24,000 nt of DNA, taken from assembly GCA_035262365.1 (NCBI GenBank), contig DATFSZ010000118.1:16374-40373 (forward strand), in the 5' to 3' direction. Numbering within the stretch: position 1 is the first letter of the stretch; the number at the start of each line of letters is the position of its first letter. The DNA is from Candidatus Binataceae bacterium (lineage in GTDB: Bacteria > Desulfobacterota > Binatia > Binatales > Binataceae). The notes beneath the pieces are model-generated. The model ran no database searches, was not told the DNA's origin, and was given only the letters and a program-made list of their open reading frames with translations. Positions 16,238 through 22,999 of this stretch are shown here, one piece after another. The position numbers were made by a program, and so were the translations under genes.

Positions 16238-16876
16238 TCAATCGGAAGTGGGTTCGGCCTCGGGCGCCGCACTCGATTCTTCGCCGAACAGCAGTCCGTA
16301 GAGCATAACCAGGGCGCTTTCCAGGTTGTCTTGAGCCTGGCTCATGAACACCAGGTTGATCAGCAATCCGTTGAGCGCCGCCAGCACGAAATTCGCCGTG
16401 ACCTCGGGCTGATTGCTGCAGGAGCACAGCCCCTTTTCCTGTGCCAATCGAATCCGGTCTGTCAGCAACGCTTGATATAAATCGTAAAGACGGCGGATTT
16501 GTTCCGTAAACGCTTCGGGCATCTCTTCACCGCTCATGAACCGGCGCAGGAAGAAACCTACCGAACTCGCGTTTTCGCGCACGAAATTCACGTAGCCGCC
16601 AATCAGTTTCTTGATCTGCTCGCGTGCATCGAGTTTCTCCGACTCTTCGGCGAAGTCGATAACATAAGGCTCCAGCAGTTTGTTCAGGACCGCCAGAAAC
16701 AGCTCTTCCTTGGTCTTGAAATGCCAGAAGATCAGCGCCTTGCTGACCTTGGCCTCACGCGCCACTTCCGACATTGAAGTCTCGTGAAAGCCGCGGGTGG
16801 CGAACAGCCGAATTCCCGCCTTCAGAATCTCATCGCGCGAATCCTGGGACTGCGATTGCCCTCCCGCCGTAACCAT
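16238..16876 (-). CDS. TetR/AcrR family transcriptional regulator, 212 aa
   Basis: N-terminal HTH ILKAGIRLFATRGFHETSMSEVAREAKVSKALIFWHFKTKEELF (PF00440 expected). ATG 16876 is preceded by GGAAGA. Confidence 0.88.
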   Translation of the reverse strand: MVTAGGQSQSQDSRDEILKAGIRLFATRGFHETSMSEVAREAKVSKALIFWHFKTKEELFLAVLNKLLEPYVIDFAEESEKLDAREQIKKLIGGYVNFVRENASSVGFFLRRFMSGEEMPEAFTEQIRRLYDLYQALLTDRIRLAQEKGLCSCSNQPEVTANFVLAALNGLLINLVFMSQAQDNLESALVMLYGLLFGEESSAAPEAEPTSD

Positions 16877-17133
16877 CGTCTTCCATTAGCCCGGCCGGCG
16901 CCGAAACAACCGGTGCCTGAATTGCTGTTGCCGGACCCCTTAATTCATGGCGGAATGCCGGCGAAGGTCTCTCCGAACCGTCGCATTGAACTCCCGTTCC
17001 GGGGAGCCAGCCTGCCTGCCGCCCATCCCTAACCCATCGGTCAATCAAACTTGTACGCGCCAAGCGCACCAAGTCAAGAGGCTGGGGAAAGAACCGAAGA
17101 GTGAGGGAGAGCCGTAATGAATCAGACGTGGAA

Positions 17134-18192
17134 TCAGCGGCTGGATCCCGTTTCTGGGTCCTGCTCGATGTTTTCTCTCCCTCCGCTAAGTGAAATCGGC
17201 GTTCCTGCGGAGGCCTGCGAGGTCTTGGCCGCTAGCAGGATCGCCAAGGCCGTCTGCGCTTCACGTTGGTTTTGCCTCGTTATCCGACCTTGGGGCCCTT
17301 GCGCGATGGCCGCCTCGAACTCTTCCGCGAGCGCGGCGAACCAGGCCGGATGATAGGAGTTGTCCGGCTCTTCGATTACCGGCAAATCCTCACTCCCCCT
17401 GGAGCGCCGGGTGAGACGGATCGTGCTGTCCTCGATTTCCAGCATTCCCTCATCGCCATAGAGTATCGCCGAGGTGCGGCGTGCAGGAGCGCGCCAGGAA
17501 AGATGGATGTGACCGAGCCTGCCGCCGGAGAAGGTCGCAGTTAAATCGGCGACCTCATCGACGACGCCGGGCGGAAACACCTCCAGGCGCGCCCCGATGG
17601 TAAGCGGCGCCTGTCCACCCATCAGCCATTGCATCAGGTAGAACACGTGCCAGCCGTGATCGATCAGGATTCCTCCGCCGCCGATCACCGGGTCGACTCG
17701 CCACGGCGCTCCGCCCGCCTGCTGCGTCCGAAGCCGCGTCAGCGCGCAGTAGCTGACTCCGCCCAGCACGCCGGCGCTAATCGCTTCGGATGCGCGCCGA
17801 TAGACGGGGGAATGCTTCCAGTTGTGTACGCAGAACAGCGTCCGCCGATGTGACGATCCGAGCGAGTAAAGATCGTCCAGCGTTTTGAGATCGAGACACA
17901 GCGGCTTCTCAACCAGCACGTGGGCGCCGGCTTCGAGCGCGGCGCGCGCTGCGCCGGCATGATAGGCAGGCGGGCTGGCGATATCGACGAAGTCGGGGGA
18001 TTCGCCCGCCAACAGCAGCCCCAGATCCTCATAAACACGGACGTTTTTGATCGCGCGCAGTGCAGCCTGCCGCCGCTCTGCTATGGGCTCGTGGATCGCG
18101 ACGATTTCAACTTCAGGCCGCCGGCGCCATCCCGGCAGATGACCCTGCTCGGCAACCTGTCCGAAACCGGAAATTGCGCCGCGCAGTTTCAT
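17134..18192 (-). CDS. Gfo/Idh/MocA family NAD(P)-dependent oxidoreductase
   Basis: MKLRGAISGFGQVA Rossmann start and the VLVEKPL motif. ATG 18192 preferred because the family normally starts just before beta-1; the ORF track start TTG 18219 would add 9 residues. Confidence 0.82.
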   Translation of the reverse strand: MKLRGAISGFGQVAEQGHLPGWRRRPEVEIVAIHEPIAERRQAALRAIKNVRVYEDLGLLLAGESPDFVDIASPPAYHAGAARAALEAGAHVLVEKPLCLDLKTLDDLYSLGSSHRRTLFCVHNWKHSPVYRRASEAISAGVLGGVSYCALTRLRTQQAGGAPWRVDPVIGGGGILIDHGWHVFYLMQWLMGGQAPLTIGARLEVFPPGVVDEVADLTATFSGGRLGHIHLSWRAPARRTSAILYGDEGMLEIEDSTIRLTRRSRGSEDLPVIEEPDNSYHPAWFAALAEEFEAAIAQGPQGRITRQNQREAQTALAILLAAKTSQASAGTPISLSGGRENIEQDPETGSSR

Positions 18193-18278
18193 AGGAGTTC
18201 TCTGTTCTCGCTCGAACAATCATTCGTGGGAGAGGCTAAGGGTGAGGCCGACTGATGCACTTCAAGCAAAGTGATCGC

Positions 18279-18308
18279 GCTCTGCGCCGCCCAAAGGTGG
18301 CGCAGAGC
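18279..18308. repeat. Perfect 10-bp inverted repeat (hairpin) in the LLM-Gfo spacer
   Basis: gctctgcgcc (18279-18288) / ggcgcagagc (18299-18308), 10-nt loop. Confidence 0.6.
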
Positions 18309-18344
18309 AGGGCTGCCGCCAGGTCGCCGGCGCCACGCTCGGTT

Positions 18345-18372
18345 GTCATTCCTCGCTTGCGCTCGGAATGAC
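18345..18372. repeat. REP-like hairpin of the GTCATTCC...GGAATGAC type
   Basis: gtcattcc (18345-18352) / ggaatgac (18365-18372), 12-nt loop tcgcttgcgctc. It resembles a short palindromic intergenic element that I recall being dispersed in many soil-bacterial genomes. Confidence 0.5.
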
Positions 18373-18408
18373 ACGCCTGGCGAGCGTTGCCATGAGCCTG
18401 CATTGCGC

Positions 18409-19296
18409 TTAAACCAGGTATTTCCGCGCCAGGTCTTCCAACTCTTTTTGCCACGTGGCGGGTTCGAGTGCGAAGCCCTTGCGGTACAGCGCTTCGGTAC
18501 CCACCACGATACGCTGGCATCCGGCGGCCTCGTATTCCTCGTAGGTCCGCTTGATGTCCTCCTGCTCGAAGGGCCGGAACATCGTGACATCCATCTTGGC
18601 GAAATCGCGACCCGCTTCGGTGCACATCTTTTTGAGAGTCGCAAGGCTGGCCGCGAGTTGCGCCGGCTTAAGCCGCAGCGGCATCCAACCGTCGCCAATC
18701 TCGACCACGTCGCGCAGCACGCGGTCGGGTCCCTTGGCTCCTCCGTTGGCACCAATCAGTACGGGCGGATGAGGCTTCTGGACCGGCTTGGGAAAGCTTC
18801 TGACAGCGGGGAACTTTATATACTTACCCTCGAAGCTCGCCTCGGGCTTGGTCCACAACTCCTTCATCGCGCGGATGCACTCGCGCGTGACAGGCCATCG
18901 CTTGGCGAACTCCACACCCATGATCTCCGTTTCATCCGCCAACCATCCCGCACCGATCCCAAACCACATGCGGCCGCCGGAGAAGTAGTCCACCGTGGCA
19001 ACTTCCTTGGCCAGCACCATCGGGTTGTGCTCGGGAACCAGGCAGATGCCCGTCATCAGCTTGATGCGGCTGGTGACGGCCGCGGCGATTCCCAGCAGCA
19101 CGAACGGGTCGGGCATGTGCGAGTACCAATCCGGAATCTCACCGCCACCGGCCGGATAAGGTGTTCTATGTTTGACGGGAATGATGGCGTGTTCAGGAAC
19201 TATCAAAGCATCGAAGCCCAGTTCCTCCACCCTGCGAAACATCAGGTCAGGCTTCGCGGTCCGTTCATTGGCGAATACCGATACGCCGACTTTCAT
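18409..19296 (-). CDS. LLM-class oxidoreductase, probably F420-dependent (Rv2161c-like subgroup), 295 aa
   Basis: MKVGVSVF...EELGFDALIVPEH...LVPEHNPMVLAKEVATVDYFSGGRMWFGIGAGW resembles the short F420-type LLM proteins. GGAGG lies 8 nt upstream of ATG 19296. The cofactor cannot be decided by eye. Confidence 0.78.
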   Translation of the reverse strand: MKVGVSVFANERTAKPDLMFRRVEELGFDALIVPEHAIIPVKHRTPYPAGGGEIPDWYSHMPDPFVLLGIAAAVTSRIKLMTGICLVPEHNPMVLAKEVATVDYFSGGRMWFGIGAGWLADETEIMGVEFAKRWPVTRECIRAMKELWTKPEASFEGKYIKFPAVRSFPKPVQKPHPPVLIGANGGAKGPDRVLRDVVEIGDGWMPLRLKPAQLAASLATLKKMCTEAGRDFAKMDVTMFRPFEQEDIKRTYEEYEAAGCQRIVVGTEALYRKGFALEPATWQKELEDLARKYLV

Positions 19297-19469
19297 TTCA
19301 TAAACCTCCGCGCTCTCCTCGGTGCTGACTCGATGTCATAGCGTAAACTCGGCTAATCAGACTACCGCCCGGCCATTGCGGTAGTGCAGTCAAACTCTGA
19401 AATGATTTTCGCTTCCGGGGGTACTTTAGCCGCGATTTCGAAACCGTCGCGTCTGCAGCACAGCAATCA

Positions 19470-19958
19470 TCAGCTCCACTTGAAAAATTCGTTGGCGTAA
19501 ACGAACCGGCCCACGCCCGCCGCCCTGGCGCATTGCTCGTCGACTTCCTGGTCGCCGACCATCGTGGAGCCCGCCAGATCGACGCCGTAGGTCTGCGCCA
19601 GTTCAGTGACCATCCCGGCCGCCGGCTTGCGGCATTCGCAGCCATCCTCAGGACCATGCGGGCAGATCTCCCACGCGGTCAGGATTCCGCCCAATTGCAG
19701 ATCCAGCTGCGCGATCGCGGCTTCGACCTGCTCGCGGGTGAAGCGGCCGCGTTTGATTCCGCGTTGATTGGTCACGATGAAGATTAAATGATCGCGAACC
19801 GGGCGCAGGGTTTCCGCAACGTTGGGCAGTATCTTGACCGTGACCTTGCCGCTGCGGTCGGCGGGCAGGTCGCGATTCTCATCTAGTTCGACCAGGGTTC
19901 CGCCCAAGTCGAAGAACAATCCAAGGTTTCCGGCATTCTCCGCCATCGCCGCGCTCAA
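19470..19958 (-). CDS. HAD-IIIA hydrolase, GmhB-like (D,D-heptose 1,7-bisphosphate phosphatase family) with atypical motif I
   Basis: VTNQRGI (motif II), the zinc loop CPHGPEDGCECRKP characteristic of GmhB, and MVGDQEVDEQ (motif IV). Motif I reads FFDLGGTL instead of DxDGT. TTG 19958 overlaps the aminotransferase stop (TTGA); ATG 19946 is an alternative start. Confidence 0.8.
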   Translation of the reverse strand: MSAAMAENAGNLGLFFDLGGTLVELDENRDLPADRSGKVTVKILPNVAETLRPVRDHLIFIVTNQRGIKRGRFTREQVEAAIAQLDLQLGGILTAWEICPHGPEDGCECRKPAAGMVTELAQTYGVDLAGSTMVGDQEVDEQCARAAGVGRFVYANEFFKWS

Positions 19959-21316
19959 GCCTCCCGCCAGTTCAGATGGTCGCGCACGTAAGTGAAGACT
20001 TCTTCCAGAATCGCCACGCCGGCCGCGGCCTGTTCCTCCGTGATCACCAGGGGCGGGTTAATGCGAACGCGAGGGAAGTAGCCCATGATCAGCAATCCGC
20101 GCTTAAGCGCCTCCTTGAAAATGACCTCGGTCACCCGGTGGCTCAGTTCTTCCTTGGTGCGGCGATCACGCACCAAATCGATTCCGATCAACAGACCGCG
20201 TCCGCGCACGTCTCCTACGAACTCGAATTTTTCCTTGAACATCTCCAGGCTTGCCAACAGCTTGGCTCCGACGGCGCACGAGTTGTCCGTCAAGTGCTCC
20301 TCCTGGATCGCGCGCAACGTCTCCCCGACAGCTACCGCCGCCAGCGGATTGCCGCCGTAGCTGGACGAGGAAGCGCTGGGCTTGGCGAAGGGCTTGGCCT
20401 GCGCAACCTTCTCGGTCATCAGTACGCCCGACACCGGGAAGCCCGAACCCATCCCCTTGCCGACGGTCATGATGTCCGGACGGACGCCGGTATGCTCCAC
20501 GCCCCACATCTTTCCGGTGCGCCCAAAGCCGGTGATCATCTCGTCGGCAATCAGCACGGCGTCATTTTCCCGCGCGATCTCTTTGACCGCCGGCAGGAAC
20601 TCATCGGGCGGAATCACGTTGCCAGCGGTACCTTGAAAAGGTTCGACCAATACAGCGGCGATAGCGCCCGCCGAACTGTTTTTGATCTGCTTGCGCGCGA
20701 ACTCGACGCAGAACATGCCGCATCCAGGATATTCAAGCTTGAATGGACATCGGTAACAGTCCGCGTAGGGCACGAGATGCTGTCCGCCGGGAAGCGGGCC
20801 ATAGCCCTGCTTGGACTCGTCGCCTATAAGCCCGATAACACCGCCGGTCTTGCCGTGGAAACCGCCCCAGAAACCGACGACCTCGTGCTTACCGGTAAAT
20901 GAGCGTGCCGCGCGCAACGCAGCCTCGACCGCTTCGGCGCCTCCGCTATAGAGATGGAAGCGCCTAAGCGGCGCCGGTGCGGCTTCAGCCAAAGCCTTGA
21001 AGGATTCGGCGCGCTCCGGAGTCGCAAACGTACCGACCATCAGGCGCGCTGCCTGTTCGGAGAGCGCTTTGGACATCGCGGGATGCCCATGGCCCAGGCT
21101 GGCGACCGCAACCCCGGCAAAGAAATCCACGTAAACGTTGCCGTCCACATCGGTCAACGTGGCGCCTTCGCCATGGTCAAAGGCAACGCCGGCCAGCGAG
21201 GAAATCCGCTGGCGGCCAGGGGCAAGGTAGTGTTCTTCTTGTTCGAACAGGGCGCGGGAGCGGGGTCCCGGTACCGAGGTTGTTACAGAAGGAAGTTTGG
21301 TCTTCTTTGCTTTCAT
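19955..21316 (-). CDS. Class III (omega) pyridoxal-phosphate aminotransferase, GabT/HpnO-like, 453 aa
   Basis: PGPRSRALFEQEE...DVDGNVYVDFFAGVAVASLGHGHP, LIADEMITGFGRTGKMW and the PLP lysine in MTVGKGMGSGFP (PF00202 expected). Confidence 0.88.
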   Translation of the reverse strand: MKAKKTKLPSVTTSVPGPRSRALFEQEEHYLAPGRQRISSLAGVAFDHGEGATLTDVDGNVYVDFFAGVAVASLGHGHPAMSKALSEQAARLMVGTFATPERAESFKALAEAAPAPLRRFHLYSGGAEAVEAALRAARSFTGKHEVVGFWGGFHGKTGGVIGLIGDESKQGYGPLPGGQHLVPYADCYRCPFKLEYPGCGMFCVEFARKQIKNSSAGAIAAVLVEPFQGTAGNVIPPDEFLPAVKEIARENDAVLIADEMITGFGRTGKMWGVEHTGVRPDIMTVGKGMGSGFPVSGVLMTEKVAQAKPFAKPSASSSSYGGNPLAAVAVGETLRAIQEEHLTDNSCAVGAKLLASLEMFKEKFEFVGDVRGRGLLIGIDLVRDRRTKEELSHRVTEVIFKEALKRGLLIMGYFPRVRINPPLVITEEQAAAGVAILEEVFTYVRDHLNWREA

Positions 21317-21332
21317 CGGATGAATGAGAAGG

Positions 21333-21412
21333 GAGAAGCGAGAATTGAAAAACGGGAGAAAGAGCTTCGCGAGACCGGATTCTCAACAAGGGTGCTGGTT
21401 TTCTCGCTTCTC
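21333..21412. repeat. 12-bp perfect inverted repeat GAGAAGCGAGAA / TTCTCGCTTCTC flanking the ATP-grasp/aminotransferase spacer
   Basis: 21333-21344 pairs with 21401-21412 (56-nt loop containing a smaller gagaa/ttctc stem, 21356-21360 with 21380-21384). The right arm overlaps the ATP-grasp stop codon. The left arm ends 16 nt before the aminotransferase ATG. Confidence 0.6.
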
Positions 21413-22241
21413 AATTCTCTACCCTTGTATCTCTCACTAGCTGCAGCGCCCGGTGCGCTATCGCCGCCGCCGCTTGGTCTCTGACTCGCTCAAAACTGGG
21501 CCAGTCGTTGAAATCCACGATTTTCAATTGTTCGCCGTGGACGATTGCGTCGCCACCCCATACCTCCAATCCCAGCGCCCTCGCCGCTTCGTCTGCCGCA
21601 GCCTGGAGCCGCGCGGTTAACACCCCGCTCGATGCTCCTTGCGCGTCGGCCGTGCTGAAGTAACTGCCACCGGTCACGCCATAAAACTTCACTACCCTAC
21701 CCTCCACCGCGGCTTGAAGGTAGGCGAGCCGGATTCCACGGGTGGCAAAATCCCGCAGCGCGGCATCGAGCGCTGCCTGGTCGTCCACGCGGCGCACGTC
21801 GCCGGCGAACAGCGCGTGCAAGTCGCCGCGCTTCACATAGATACCGCGCCGCGCGTCCAGCGTAGCTTTCGCGCCGCCCCCATCCGGCGCGGCGGTCTCG
21901 ACCAGCATCCCTTCGGGAACCGGTGCAGACGCCGCTTTCAGCAGTTCACCGAGACGATCGCGATAGCAGGATCTGATCGCTCGCGGCGAATTGATTACCA
22001 AGGCACCGCCGGCCTCAGCGGCCCGCAGCCGCTCCAGCGCCTGATGGCTTTGGCACATCGCCAGAATCAGGTCGCACCGCGGGAGCGGGTTGTTGATAAA
22101 GTCGCGCGCCGCAAGCGCCGATATTTCCAAGCCTTGAGCGGCGAGATTGGCGAGGACCGAATCCAAAATCGCCGCGTCAGCGGCGACCTTGCCGGGCGAG
22201 AATTCCGTCTCGCGATATATACCCAGCGCGCGGCCCATCAT
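21411..22241 (-). CDS. ATP-grasp fold protein (RimK / inositol-phosphate kinase-like), ligase or kinase, 276 aa
   Basis: Pre-ATP-grasp region with GGALVINSPRAIRSCYRDRLGELL, a central GIYVKRGD strand, VEGRVVKFYGV, and C-terminal GLEVWGGDAIVHGEQLKIVDFNDWPSF resembling the Mg-ATP binding DxN.(F/W)P motif. ATG overlaps the upstream stop (ATGA at 22238-22241). Confidence 0.6.
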   Translation of the reverse strand: MMGRALGIYRETEFSPGKVAADAAILDSVLANLAAQGLEISALAARDFINNPLPRCDLILAMCQSHQALERLRAAEAGGALVINSPRAIRSCYRDRLGELLKAASAPVPEGMLVETAAPDGGGAKATLDARRGIYVKRGDLHALFAGDVRRVDDQAALDAALRDFATRGIRLAYLQAAVEGRVVKFYGVTGGSYFSTADAQGASSGVLTARLQAAADEAARALGLEVWGGDAIVHGEQLKIVDFNDWPSFERVRDQAAAAIAHRALQLVRDTRVEN

Positions 22242-22999
22242 CCGCTCCCGCTGCGCCGCGGTATGTTCAACGCCGGCTTTTCGACCATCGCGCGCGCCGC
22301 TTCGAGATCCTGTGCAACGTCGATATCGATTACTTCCTTCAAGGCGACCGCATGCAGGCCGACGCCCCAGTCCGCCACGGCGGCCAGGAATTGGCGCAGC
22401 GCGGACAGCCCGGCTTGGCGCGCACGATCGCGGAAGGCAATAATCGACTGCGGCAGGAAATAAACGCCGGCGGTAACCGTATCGCCGCCGGCGGCGCCTA
22501 CCTTGCGTATCAGTCCCGCGCCGTCAACGTCGACAAAGAGCGGACGCTCGTCTCCGCGCCATCGCACCACACCCAGCACGCCGCTGTCGGGCGCCGCGGG
22601 ATTGGCGCAAGCCAGCGCAGTTGCGCGCCGAGCGAAGCGCGTCATTTCGCCGCGACCGAGCACTGAATCGACCGTCGCAGCCAAAAACCATCGGCTGGTC
22701 AGATGCTCGCATAGCTGGAACAGCGTCTCCATCGAATTGGGCGTGTCACGCACGACTACCGTCAACCGCTCGGGGAGCGAAATTGCGTCGCGCTCAATCA
22801 CTGCCGCGGTCTCGGAATTGACCACGGCGACCACGCGCCTAGCCCCAGCCTCCAGCAGGATACGGGTCTGGCGGGCGAGCAGCGTTTCTCCATCCAGCAC
22901 GACCAGAGGCTTGGGCAGATTTGCGCCTTGAGCGCGCAGCCGCTCGCCACGTCCGGCCGCCAGAATTCCCCCGTCAATCGACTCCAAGACAGATCTCAA
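22238..22999 (-). CDS. Sugar/alcohol-phosphate nucleotidyltransferase (NTP_transferase / MobA-like superfamily), 253 aa
   Basis: GGILAAGRGERLR...PKPLVVLDG signature loop near the N-terminus and C-terminal VIDIDVAQDLEAA as in LicC/IspD-like cytidylyl- or guanylyltransferases. Start is TTG 22999 or TTG 22987; both overlap the HAD stop (22974-22976). Confidence 0.8.
   Translation of the reverse strand: MRSVLESIDGGILAAGRGERLRAQGANLPKPLVVLDGETLLARQTRILLEAGARRVVAVVNSETAAVIERDAISLPERLTVVVRDTPNSMETLFQLCEHLTSRWFLAATVDSVLGRGEMTRFARRATALACANPAAPDSGVLGVVRWRGDERPLFVDVDGAGLIRKVGAAGGDTVTAGVYFLPQSIIAFRDRARQAGLSALRQFLAAVADWGVGLHAVALKEVIDIDVAQDLEAARAMVEKPALNIPRRSGSG

Noticed and set aside
17103-17183. 9-bp inverted repeat gagggagag / ctctccctc spanning the Gfo stop codon
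   Set aside because: The right arm is coding sequence (the GGRENIE region of the Gfo/Idh/MocA protein), the loop is 63 nt and no U-tract follows. It is probably coincidental with the GA-rich spacer motif, so it is mentioned only as a motif relative.
18461-18470. GGTTCGAG, reminiscent of a tRNA T-arm
   Set aside because: It lies inside the LLM coding frame. It has no matching TC-stem complement, acceptor stem or anticodon arm around it.
1039-22463. Long plus-strand ORFs antisense to the minus-strand genes (for example 1039-1977, 5549-6268, 6296-7345, 7722-8942, 10064-10979, 10979-12169, 13629-14330, 15155-16102, 18271-19341, 19976-20902, 21639-22463)
   Set aside because: Each lies fully inside a minus-strand ORF that carries clear family motifs. 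Their translations are Arg/Ala/Gly/Pro-rich low-complexity strings with no recognisable domains. These are typical shadow ORFs of GC-rich DNA.
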